This document shows, in pieces, positions 10,265 to 18,920 of a DNA stretch of 64,000 nucleotides. Origin of the DNA: Candidatus Latescibacterota bacterium (GTDB lineage Bacteria; Latescibacterota; UBA2968; UBA8231); contig OZ244561.1 of assembly GCA_965217585.1 (NCBI GenBank), positions 2,656,001 through 2,720,000 of the forward strand, read 5' to 3'. Below the pieces are notes generated by a model. That model was given only the letters and a program-made list of their open reading frames with translations, made no database searches and was not told the DNA's origin. The position numbers and the translations under genes were made by a program. Each line of letters starts with the position of its first letter. Within the stretch, counting starts at the first letter, position 1.

Positions 10265-11305
10265 ATGACAACTGACGAATATGCCGCTGATCTCGCGTGG
10301 CAGCGCGCGATCCTGCAAGAGGTATCGCGCACATTCGCGCTCACCATTCCGCAGCTTCCGTCGGGCCTGCGCGATGTCGTAGGCAACGCGTATCTGCTGT
10401 GCCGCATCGCCGATACTATCGAGGATGAGCCGGCTCTCTCGGCCAGCGGGAAGCGCGAATTTTCCGAGCGATTCATCCGGGTCGTCGCGGGAGAGGAGCC
10501 GCCCGCTCCATTCGCCGAGCAGCTCGCGCCGCGCCTGTCCGACAGCATGCTGCTCGCCGAACGCCAGCTTGTGGCCAACACCCCGCGGGTGCTGCGGATC
10601 ACCCAAGGGTTTTCCGACCGGCAGCGCGCCGCACTCGTGCGCTGTGTGCGGATCATGTCGCACGGCATGGCCGAGTTTCAGCAAAGCCCGGGCCTCAAAG
10701 GCCTAGACGATCTCCCCCATCTCGACCGCTACTGCTATCATGTCGCCGGCGTCGTCGGCGAGATGCTCACTGAACTGTTTTGCGATTATTCGGCGGAAAT
10801 CGACCGCCATCGCAAAAAGTTGCTGCAACTCGCGGTGTCGTTCGGCCAAGGCTTGCAGATGACCAATATCCTCAAGGACATCTGGGATGATCGGGCGCGC
10901 GGCGCGTGTTGGCTGCCGCGCGACGTGTTCCAGCAATCCGGGTTTGATCTGCACTCGCTTGAAGCCGACCGGACGAATCCCGCGTTCCGCACGGCGCTGA
11001 GCACACTGATCGGCCTGGCCCGGATGCACCTCGGCAATGCGCTGGCGTTCACGTTGCTCATCCCCGGGCGCGAAACCGGCATTCGCCGGTTCTGCCTTTG
11101 GGCCTTGGGTATGGCCGTACTGACGTTGCGCCGCATCCACGCCCACGCGGATTTTACCAGTGGGCAGCAGGTCAAAATTTCGCGGCGCAGCGTGTGGGCA
11201 ACCGTGATCGTGACCAGCCTTGCGGCGCGCAGCGACGTTGTGCTCAAAGCGCTGTTTGCGCGGTTTACGCGCAAGCTGCCCTCGCATGTCGAGGTATCGG
11301 CTTGA
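10265..11305 (+). CDS. Squalene/phytoene synthase family protein, single-enzyme SQS type
   Basis: VSRTFALTI, YLLCRIADTIED, YCYHVAGVVG, GLQMTNILKDIWDD and VKISR motifs. Confidence 0.85.
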   Translation: MTTDEYAADLAWQRAILQEVSRTFALTIPQLPSGLRDVVGNAYLLCRIADTIEDEPALSASGKREFSERFIRVVAGEEPPAPFAEQLAPRLSDSMLLAERQLVANTPRVLRITQGFSDRQRAALVRCVRIMSHGMAEFQQSPGLKGLDDLPHLDRYCYHVAGVVGEMLTELFCDYSAEIDRHRKKLLQLAVSFGQGLQMTNILKDIWDDRARGACWLPRDVFQQSGFDLHSLEADRTNPAFRTALSTLIGLARMHLGNALAFTLLIPGRETGIRRFCLWALGMAVLTLRRIHAHADFTSGQQVKISRRSVWATVIVTSLAARSDVVLKALFARFTRKLPSHVEVSA

Positions 11306-11379
11306 AGTTGGGCGCATAGCAGACTTCAGTGCTGTTTTTTATCTTCTAGCCTTCATCAAATTCTCGGAGAAATTTCACC

Positions 11380-12600
11380 ATGCAGTTTGATCTTGTACTC
11401 AAGGGCGGACACCTGATTGACCCCCAAAACGGCATTGATGCGCCCAAGGACCTCGGCATCAAGGGGAAGGTGATCGCGGCCGTAGATGCGGATTTGCCAA
11501 CGGAGGGTGCCGGGCAGGTCATCGACGTGAGCGGACTCTACGTGACGCCGGGGCTAGTGGACATCCACATCCACGCCTATGCCACGGCCGGTCACCGCAA
11601 TACGTGGGCTGGCGACAACAGCATCCTGCCCGACGGGTTTAGTTTCCGCACCGGGGTGACGACGCTGGTGGATACCGGGAGCGCGGGCTGGCGCAACTTT
11701 GCGGACTTTCGCTATCGGGTAATCGACCGCTGCCAGACGCGGCTCTTCGCGCTGGTCAACATCGCCGGCACCGGAATGACCTCTATCGACCACGAGCAGA
11801 ATCCGTACGACATGGATCCCGACAAGACAGCGGGCGTGGCGCGAGAAAACGAGGACGTAGTCGTCGGCATCAAAACGGCGCACTACATCGGCCCCGAATG
11901 GATTTCGGTCGATCGCACGCTCGCGGCTGCCGAGCAGGCCGCGACGCGGGTGATGATCGACTTTGGCTACTTCAAAAAGGAGCGGCCCTACTACCAGCTC
12001 TTGGGCGAAAAACTGCGCCCGGGCGACATAAGCACCCACATCTTCCGCGGGCCGACGCCGTGGTTTGACGCGGAGGGCAAGGTGTTGCCCTACCTGCACG
12101 AGGCGCGGGCGAGGGGCGTCATCTTGGACGTGGGGCACGGTGGCGGCAGTTTCTGTTTCCGCAACGCGGTCCCAGCCATCGCCCAAGGTTTCTATCCAGA
12201 TTCAATCTCGACCGATCTACACGCCCTCTGCATGAATATGGGTATGCTCGACATGGCGACGACCATGTCGAAATTTCTGGTGATGGGCATGCCGCTCGGC
12301 GAGGTCATCCGCGCCTCAACCATCAATCCAGCGCGGGAGATTGGCCACCCCGAGCTGGGGCATTTGTCGGTGGGTGCCGTGGCCGATGTGGCCGTTTTGC
12401 AGCAGATGGAAGGAAATTTTGGCTACGCCGATTCTTTCGACGGCCGGTTGGACGGCCAAAAGCGTCTATTTTGCGAGCTGACGGTCAAGGATGGCGAAGT
12501 GGTCTGGGACTGGAATGGCCGCGCGGGGGTTGACTACCCCGAACTCGGCGAAAGCTATGGGATCCGCGAGGGCGAGTATCTGATCCCACCGCCGGCGTAA
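11380..12600 (+). CDS. Amidohydrolase/deacetylase family metallohydrolase (dihydroorotase-like)
   Basis: PGLVDIHIH, GVTTLVDTGSAG, DVGHGGGSF, ISTDLH and G.VADVAVL motifs. Confidence 0.85.
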   Translation: MQFDLVLKGGHLIDPQNGIDAPKDLGIKGKVIAAVDADLPTEGAGQVIDVSGLYVTPGLVDIHIHAYATAGHRNTWAGDNSILPDGFSFRTGVTTLVDTGSAGWRNFADFRYRVIDRCQTRLFALVNIAGTGMTSIDHEQNPYDMDPDKTAGVARENEDVVVGIKTAHYIGPEWISVDRTLAAAEQAATRVMIDFGYFKKERPYYQLLGEKLRPGDISTHIFRGPTPWFDAEGKVLPYLHEARARGVILDVGHGGGSFCFRNAVPAIAQGFYPDSISTDLHALCMNMGMLDMATTMSKFLVMGMPLGEVIRASTINPAREIGHPELGHLSVGAVADVAVLQQMEGNFGYADSFDGRLDGQKRLFCELTVKDGEVVWDWNGRAGVDYPELGESYGIREGEYLIPPPA

Positions 12601-12613
12601 AAGGAACGTTCTG

Positions 12614-13051
12614 ATGAAAATCGTCTCTGCGCTTCTGCTTCTTGTCGTCGGATGCGGGCAAGAGCACACCGGCGATCCCATCGTCGTGCGCGACGCTTGG
12701 ATCCGGGAGCCGCCCCCGCGCAGCCCGGCCGCCGGTTACTTAGTCGTTGAAAATCGGGGCGGCGAATCCGTCGAGTTGGTCGCTGTGGCAACCGAGGCTG
12801 CCGAGCAAACCGAGATACATGTAATGGAATACAAAAACGACCGGATGACGATGCGCCGAGTCGAAGGGCTACAGGTCCCAGCGGGCGGAGAGGTTGCGCT
12901 GAAGCCGGGCGGTGCCCACTTGATGCTAATGGAACTACGTCAGCCGCTGCGGGACGGCGATGAGGTGGAGCTGGTGCTGCGCTTTGGCGATGGAACGGAA
13001 AGGCGCACTCAGGTGCCGGTGCGGAAGAAAGGTCTTTATGAGAGCGAGTGA
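12614..13051 (+). CDS. Copper chaperone PCu(A)C
   Basis: Lipoprotein signal (VVGC); EIH...MTMR...LKPGGAHLML copper-binding motif. Confidence 0.9.
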   Translation: MKIVSALLLLVVGCGQEHTGDPIVVRDAWIREPPPRSPAAGYLVVENRGGESVELVAVATEAAEQTEIHVMEYKNDRMTMRRVEGLQVPAGGEVALKPGGAHLMLMELRQPLRDGDEVELVLRFGDGTERRTQVPVRKKGLYESE

Positions 13052-13664
13052 CACGCTGGTATTTTGTGCGGTTTTTGCGCTGCTCGCAGCCTGCGGCGCT
13101 CAGCCGGAGGCCCAAAAGGCCCCGGTCGCCGAAACCCCCACCCCCGTGGAGGTCCCCTCCTTGCGGGATTACGGCGGCATTGGCGGCGACTTTGCGCTCG
13201 AGGATCAGCACGGCGCGCCCTTTGAGTTGCAAAGTTTGCGCGGCCAGGCCGCCATGCTCTTCTTCGGGTACACCTATTGCCCCGACATCTGCCCGGTGAC
13301 CCTGTCGAAGATGGGCCGCGTCTATCAGCTCTTAGACGAGCGCCAGCAAGAGCTGACGACCCTCTTTGTCACCGTTGACCCCAAGCGCGATACTCAGGAG
13401 AAGCTGGCGGAATACCTCGACTACTTCGCCATTGATGCGATTGGCCTGCGCGGCGACAAGGAGGGAATCGACCAGGTCGTGCGTCAGTATGGCGGCCACT
13501 ATAGCCTCGGAGAGGAGCAGGCCTCCTACTTAGTCGATCACTCGACCTATACCTACCTGATTGATCAGCAGGGCAAGGTGCGGTTCCTCTTCCGCCAGAG
13601 CGACGGCCCAGAGCTGATGGCAGCGGTGACCGAACAACTCTTCGCCGAGGCAGAAAAGCCATGA
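13038..13664 (+). CDS. SCO1/SenC family copper protein
   Basis: Start at MRASDTLV (ATG 13038); lipobox LAAC; FGYTYCPDICP and DHS motifs. Confidence 0.9.
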   Translation: MRASDTLVFCAVFALLAACGAQPEAQKAPVAETPTPVEVPSLRDYGGIGGDFALEDQHGAPFELQSLRGQAAMLFFGYTYCPDICPVTLSKMGRVYQLLDERQQELTTLFVTVDPKRDTQEKLAEYLDYFAIDAIGLRGDKEGIDQVVRQYGGHYSLGEEQASYLVDHSTYTYLIDQQGKVRFLFRQSDGPELMAAVTEQLFAEAEKP

Positions 13665-13843
13665 AAAACGTTTTGTACAAAATCATCAAGATCGTCCACG
13701 CGCTGCTTTGGTTTCCGCTGAGTCCGATCATAGGCCCGGATTTTCCGCAGCGCTTTTTGTTTAGAGGGCGGCGAAAGAAGCCGACTCAGACAGGTCCGTA
13801 GCCGACGGTTTGATTCCATCCTCACGGCATCTCCAAGGACTTT

Positions 13844-15268
13844 ATGCCAACCATGCAACGACCGAATATCCTCATACTCTACACCGACCAGCAGCGGTGG
13901 GACGCCCTCGGCGCCAACGGCAACTCCGAAATCCGCACGCCGCACTTGGACCGGCTCGCTGCTGCCGGGATAAATTTCGATCACTGCTTTGTGCAGAATC
14001 CGGTCTGCATGCCCAGCCGCGTGAGCTTTCTCACTGGGCAGTATCCATCCGCGCTAGGGCTTTCGCACATGGGAGTGCCCGTGCCCGCGGACGCGCCGAC
14101 CTTGCCGCGCCTGCTGCGCAACTACGGCTATTGCAGCGGCCAGATAGGCAAGCTCCACTTTCTGCCGCACGCCAACCGCGACCACCGCCAGCCCCATCCC
14201 GACTACGGGTTCGACCACTTGGAAATTTCGGACGAGCCGGGTTCCTACCACGATGCCTACCGCGCTTGGGTGGCGGCGCAGGCCCCTGAGCAACTCGACC
14301 ACGTCAGTCTTGGCGAGGCGCCCAGTTCAATCGAGTGGAAGCGGATTATGAACGTCCGCGACGGGATCGCGCATCCAGCAGAGCGCTTTGTCAAGCGCGC
14401 CTTGGCCAGCCGCTGCCGCAGCGACCTGACCCACACGGCGTTTGTCGCCGAGCAGACCATGGAGTTTTTGACGCGCCACAGGGACGGCCCTTTCCTCTGC
14501 ATCGCCGGCTTCTATTCGCCGCACGATCCGTGGGTGGCTCCCGAGGAATTCCTCGATCGCTACGATCCAGCCGCTCTGACTTTGCCGCCCTTCCCACCGT
14601 CCCTCGACGCTCGCCGAGGCCCACAGCACTTTTCCGACGACGAATTGCGCTCCGCCCGCCACGGCTATTACGCCATGGTATCCGAGGTTGATCACCACGT
14701 CGGCCGCATCCTCGACCGGCTCGACGTCCTCGGCATTGCGGACAATACCATCGTCGTCTTCACGTCCGATCACGGCGAGTGGCTCGGCGAGCATCTGCGC
14801 TACGGCAAGGGCTACCCTGGCCATGATGCGGTCACGCGCGTCCCCTTGCTGATGCGCTGGCCCGCCGGGGCAAGGGACGGTGGGCATTGCTCCCGCATCG
14901 TCGAGGCGTTAGACGTGGTGCCGACGCTGCTGGAAGCCGCGGCAATTCAGCGGCCGGCTGCATTGCAAGGCAGTTCCCTGCTGGCCGATTTGCGCGAGGA
15001 GGAGGGCGCTGGCCCCGGCTGCGCCATTACGGAAATGACGCCGACCAAACCGCAATCCAACTGGAAGACGCTGCGCGTGGAGGGGTTGCGCTACGTGGTG
15101 GATGCAGGTGGAGCGGAGACTCTCTTCGACTTGGAGCGCGATCCGCTGGCCTACGAAGATGTGGCGGGCGAAAGCGCGTACGCCACTCAACTGCAAGCGG
15201 TCCGCAAGCGGTTGCTAGAGAGGCTGCTAGTGCGCGAGCGGCCGCTGCCGCGACAGTGGACGTACTGA
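13844..15268 (+). CDS. Sulfatase (Cys-type, formylglycine-dependent)
   Basis: RPNILILYTDQQR, CMPSR (CxPxR), GKLH, PHDP and FTSDHG. Confidence 0.92.
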   Translation: MPTMQRPNILILYTDQQRWDALGANGNSEIRTPHLDRLAAAGINFDHCFVQNPVCMPSRVSFLTGQYPSALGLSHMGVPVPADAPTLPRLLRNYGYCSGQIGKLHFLPHANRDHRQPHPDYGFDHLEISDEPGSYHDAYRAWVAAQAPEQLDHVSLGEAPSSIEWKRIMNVRDGIAHPAERFVKRALASRCRSDLTHTAFVAEQTMEFLTRHRDGPFLCIAGFYSPHDPWVAPEEFLDRYDPAALTLPPFPPSLDARRGPQHFSDDELRSARHGYYAMVSEVDHHVGRILDRLDVLGIADNTIVVFTSDHGEWLGEHLRYGKGYPGHDAVTRVPLLMRWPAGARDGGHCSRIVEALDVVPTLLEAAAIQRPAALQGSSLLADLREEEGAGPGCAITEMTPTKPQSNWKTLRVEGLRYVVDAGGAETLFDLERDPLAYEDVAGESAYATQLQAVRKRLLERLLVRERPLPRQWTY

Positions 15269-15269
15269 G

Positions 15270-15434
15270 CTTGGTCTTGCTGCGAGATTCGGCGTGAGCG
15301 ATGAGGATGTGATCGGCAAGAGCGGCGACATAGGCGTTGAGATGGGCGGCGAGTGCTGTGGTGGGGCGGCGGATCCTATTAGAAAAAAAAGGGCAGCAAA
15401 AACCGGCGTCGTGCTGATAGGCTGCCGGGAGCGT
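15270..15434 (-). pseudogene. Remnant of a DprA/SLOG-like gene (C-terminal part)
   Basis: Start-less minus-strand frame reads LPAAYQHDAG...FFSNRIRRPTTALAAHLNAYVAALADHILIAHAESRSKT. This resembles the 'RR.T..LA..RN..VAALAD...IAHA...SKT' end of short DprA-like proteins, recognised from memory. Confidence 0.45.
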
Positions 15435-15509
15435 CCAGTTACAAAAGTATCAGGTTCTCAACATCTATAATATCCGGTTCTTGGTGTGTGGGAGAGCGAC
15501 ATAATCCCC

Positions 15510-15538
15510 TTGACTCGGATATGTGCCACTCATAGGCT
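15510..15538 (+). promoter_or_regulatory. Putative sigma70 promoter of the HD-domain operon
   Basis: TTGACT-17 nt-TAGGCT about 140 nt upstream of the GTG start. Confidence 0.35.
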
Positions 15539-15679
15539 TTTATCGTAGCGTAGCTCTTTGACAAGAGAATAGGTTGCTAGTTCCAGTACTGTCGACCACC
15601 CGGTCAATGTAACTTCTGTGCTGGGTAAAACCTGTTAGGTGGGTGGCCCGACTGATTTTTTCATAAGGAATAAAATTCC

Positions 15680-17014
15680 GTGAAGTATACTCACGAAATT
15701 AGAGACCCAATCCATGTGTTCATTCGTTTGGACAGCGACGAACGCAAAGTTCTTGATTCCCGTCCGTTCCAGAGACTACGTCATATCCACCAACTGGCAA
15801 TGACCTATCTTATTTATCCTGGCGCAACACATAAGCGATTCGAGCATTCGCTCGGCGTTATGGAACTCGCCGGACGGGTCTTCGATGTTGTCACTGATCC
15901 AGACAATGTCACGGATGAAATCAAGCATTTGCTGGAACCGCTCAATGCTCCTGACAAACGAGCGTATTGGCGGCGGGTGGTTCGTATGGCCGCACTATGC
16001 CACGACATTGGCCATCTGCCGTTCTCGCACGCGGCTGAAAAGGAGCTTCTACCAGACGACTGGGATCACGAGGATTTGACGCGGAAGATTATTGTTAGCG
16101 ACGAAATGAAAACGATTTGGGGATCTGGCACCCCCCCGCTTCGTCCCGAAGACCTCGAAAAACTGGCCATCGGACCAAAGAAGGCTACCGACTTAGAGTT
16201 CGCAGATTGGGAGACGATCTTGACGGAAATTATCGTTGGAGATGCGTTCGGCGTCGACCGCATGGACTATCTGTTACGGGACTCGCACCATGTAGGAGTC
16301 GTCTATGGAAAGTTTGACCACCACCTGCTGATCGATACTCTGCGCATTTTGCCGCCGGCCCCATCGGACGAGAATGGGGAATCTCAAGAGCCAGCACTAG
16401 GTATGGAAGAGGGCGGCATTAAGTCAGCGGAAGCGTTGATGCTTGCACGATATTTTATGTACTCGCAGGTTTACTTTCATCCCGTGCGTCGAATTTACAA
16501 CATTCATCTAATGGATTTTCTCAAGGAATGGCTCGATGGTGGCGCGCTTGCAACGGACTTGGAGAGTCATCTAAAAATGACGGACAACGAAGTGACGGCT
16601 GCTCTATGGGAAGCCGCATTTGAGGAGGAGGAGAAGGTTGGTCATACACATGCACGCCGAATCGTACGGCGCGAGCACTTCAAGTGCCTCTACCGACGGA
16701 ACCCCAAAGATGTCACCATCAACCCGGAGTCAGGAAAATTAGTTTTTGAGGCGTTAGCGGATCAATACGGTGAGGAACACTTCCGTCATGACCGTTATAG
16801 TCAGAAAAGCGGTGCGCCGGATTTCCCGGTGCGAATGCGTGACGGCCGGATTGTATCGTCCATCACTTTTTCCGAGGTGTTAAGCAACATACCTGTGGTT
16901 TCAATCGACTACGTCTTCGCTAATCGGCAGTTTTTCGATGGGGCAAATACATGGATGGACAACAACCGTCTCACAATTATCAACAAACAGGAAGAGGAGA
17001 AACAAGATGGATAG
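15680..17014 (+). CDS. HD-domain dNTP triphosphohydrolase (SAMHD1/YwfO-like)
   Basis: IRDPIH, FQRLRHIHQL, YPGATHKRFEHSLGV, LCHDIGHLPFSH, DRMDYLLRDS and RYFMYSQVYFH; lower GC than the flanks. Confidence 0.9.
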   Translation: MKYTHEIRDPIHVFIRLDSDERKVLDSRPFQRLRHIHQLAMTYLIYPGATHKRFEHSLGVMELAGRVFDVVTDPDNVTDEIKHLLEPLNAPDKRAYWRRVVRMAALCHDIGHLPFSHAAEKELLPDDWDHEDLTRKIIVSDEMKTIWGSGTPPLRPEDLEKLAIGPKKATDLEFADWETILTEIIVGDAFGVDRMDYLLRDSHHVGVVYGKFDHHLLIDTLRILPPAPSDENGESQEPALGMEEGGIKSAEALMLARYFMYSQVYFHPVRRIYNIHLMDFLKEWLDGGALATDLESHLKMTDNEVTAALWEAAFEEEEKVGHTHARRIVRREHFKCLYRRNPKDVTINPESGKLVFEALADQYGEEHFRHDRYSQKSGAPDFPVRMRDGRIVSSITFSEVLSNIPVVSIDYVFANRQFFDGANTWMDNNRLTIINKQEEEKQDG

Positions 17015-17579
17015 ACTGAGAAGGGCTGGGCTATTGACGCGACTGATAGAGGGTCTTCGCAACAATGGAAGCTGGTGCGGCGAGACGCATGTTCAGAAAG
17101 CCACGTTTCTTGCGCAGGAGCTCGCCGGAATTCCGCTGGGCTTCGATTTCATCCTGTACAAGCATGGACCGTTCTCGTTCGACTTGAGAGATGAACTCAC
17201 TGCTCTACGTGCGGACGGATTATTGAAGCTTGAAACGCAATGGCCCTACGGTCCCCGTATCTCCCCTACGCCCCAGAGCGAATACATAGAGGGCCTGTAT
17301 CCTAGGACATTGGAGAAGTACGGGACCGCCGTTGCGTTCGTGACCAACCGGCTCAGCAACAAAGGCGTCAGCGAGCTCGAGCGTCTGGCAACCGCGTTCT
17401 ACGTAAATCTTCGAGAGGATAAAACTTCGGTTGATGAAAGAGCCACGCGGCTGACGGAATTGAAACCGCACATATCGAAAAAAGACGCTAGGGACGCGAT
17501 TCAGGCGATTGACAAGATTGCCGAGGATGCCGAAGCACAGTTCTCTCTACTCACCGATCTCTCTACTCACCGAGTTTGA
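17007..17579 (+). CDS. YwgA/Panacea(SocA)-like winged-helix partner protein
   Basis: ATG at 17007 after GAGGAG, overlapping the HD stop; GETHVQKATFLAQ...FDFILYKHGPFSFDLRDEL and LERLAT motifs. Confidence 0.65.
   Translation: MDRLRRAGLLTRLIEGLRNNGSWCGETHVQKATFLAQELAGIPLGFDFILYKHGPFSFDLRDELTALRADGLLKLETQWPYGPRISPTPQSEYIEGLYPRTLEKYGTAVAFVTNRLSNKGVSELERLATAFYVNLREDKTSVDERATRLTELKPHISKKDARDAIQAIDKIAEDAEAQFSLLTDLSTHRV
17542..17573. repeat. Perfect 16-bp tandem duplication TCTCTCTACTCACCGA x2
   Basis: Copies at 17542-17557 and 17558-17573, at the junction of two convergent genes. Confidence 0.95.
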
Positions 17580-18684
17580 CGATTAGATCCTTGCCGAACT
17601 CGATGCCGGCGACTCGGCACGCTATCTGAATTTGGTTCCTTTTCGTGGATGTAGAGCTGTTCGTTCCTAGCCACCACCCGCCGGATAGGGAAGCTGACTG
17701 TGTCTCGGCCAGCTTGAGATCGTCGGGGTAGAGCGCATACCGATCGCGTGCGAGGTACTGCCGCGTACGTCCCTTCAAATGCGGTTCCAGTTTCTCGCAG
17801 AACTGGACATCCTTTTCTAAAAGCCGCTCGAAGACGCCCACCAACAATTCCTTGCCATTACGGAACCATTCCGTTTGCCCGCGGAAGGTGAACGAAAACT
17901 CTTTCCCCTGTCGGCCCTTGGGGAGTTCGGAAACTGCTTGGAAATGCTCCAGTGTTGGTTCGGTAGGGACCTCAGAAGTCTTCACCGTTTGAGAACGTCT
18001 TGGCGATGATTTGGAACCTTGCCCCCGAATAAACTCCTCCACGCGGCGAAGGTCCGGTCGCACACCGCTGGTCCGTTCCACTTCCTCACAGAACCAGTCC
18101 TTGAGGACCTCGGGTGGCTCGTGGAGAAGTTCGGCCCACACCGCCTCAAAGTTCGCGGCCGCTTCGCTCTGCTGTCGGAAAGTGTAGTAGTCGTCATGGG
18201 CGCGTCGGTGCGCTTCCCCGGCTCGCACGGTCTCAAAGGCGAGATAACGGCTTATTCTCTCGGCACCTTCAGTCGCGTCGTCATTAACTAAGTCCACCGT
18301 GGCAAAGCGCCGTTCTTGATAGCTACCCTGTCCTGCTGGAAAGAAGAACCCCCAAGAACGCCCATCAGTCAGCACGGCGAGCGGAACTCCCTGCCTAAAG
18401 CAGTAATCAAAGAGCTGCTCTTCGCCTTTTGCGTTTGCCTTGCCGACATCTTTGACCTCGACCAAGACGGACGGCTTGCCGGGCGGATGACAAAGTGCGT
18501 AATCGACTTTGCGTCTCTTGATGGGAAACTCGGGAATCACCACTTTAGGATCCCAGACGTTCCAACCCAGTGTATTCAGGAGACGCATCACCACGCTGCG
18601 AGAGATTTGAGCTTCGTTGGCAAAGTCCCCCCGCGTCAAACTGTCGCGAATTTCCTCGATTTGAAGGGTCAGATTTTCCGCCAT
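17563..18684 (-). CDS. HsdR_N-type PD-(D/E)xK nuclease fused to a SeqA-like C-terminal domain
   Basis: NEAQI....V..LL..LGW, VIPEF, VDYAL, VEVK, QLFDY and VLTDG in the N-terminal part; KGRTRQYLA...GWWLGTNSST..K in the C-terminal part. Confidence 0.75.
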   Translation of the reverse strand: MAENLTLQIEEIRDSLTRGDFANEAQISRSVVMRLLNTLGWNVWDPKVVIPEFPIKRRKVDYALCHPPGKPSVLVEVKDVGKANAKGEEQLFDYCFRQGVPLAVLTDGRSWGFFFPAGQGSYQERRFATVDLVNDDATEGAERISRYLAFETVRAGEAHRRAHDDYYTFRQQSEAAANFEAVWAELLHEPPEVLKDWFCEEVERTSGVRPDLRRVEEFIRGQGSKSSPRRSQTVKTSEVPTEPTLEHFQAVSELPKGRQGKEFSFTFRGQTEWFRNGKELLVGVFERLLEKDVQFCEKLEPHLKGRTRQYLARDRYALYPDDLKLAETQSASLSGGWWLGTNSSTSTKRNQIQIACRVAGIEFGKDLIVKLGE

Positions 18685-18847
18685 GGTATCTCCTCTTCAA
18701 TTGAAAAACGTTCGGACTCCTCTAGCCCTCGGGTCGCATGAGAATAGATTATTGTAAATTTGGTCTCAAAGTCTAGCAACGTCTCCTTAGAAGCAGCAAC
18801 GGGTACCGCCTCGCCGTGTCGATAGGATCAACGGCCGCAAAAGCGCG

Positions 18848-18876
18848 GGAATGAATCGCGGTGATGGGGTGTCTAA
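18848..18876 (+). promoter_or_regulatory. Putative ECF (RpoE-like) sigma promoter
   Basis: GGAATGA-16 nt-GTCTAA upstream of a Spy/CpxP-like periplasmic gene. Confidence 0.3.
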
Positions 18877-18920
18877 TTCGCCGTAGTGTCCCTCAAATTT
18901 TTTACAAGGAGAACCGTGAG

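Noticed and set aside
13565-13984. 139-aa minus-strand ORF
   Set aside because: Mostly antisense to the sulfatase and SCO genes; no recognisable motifs.
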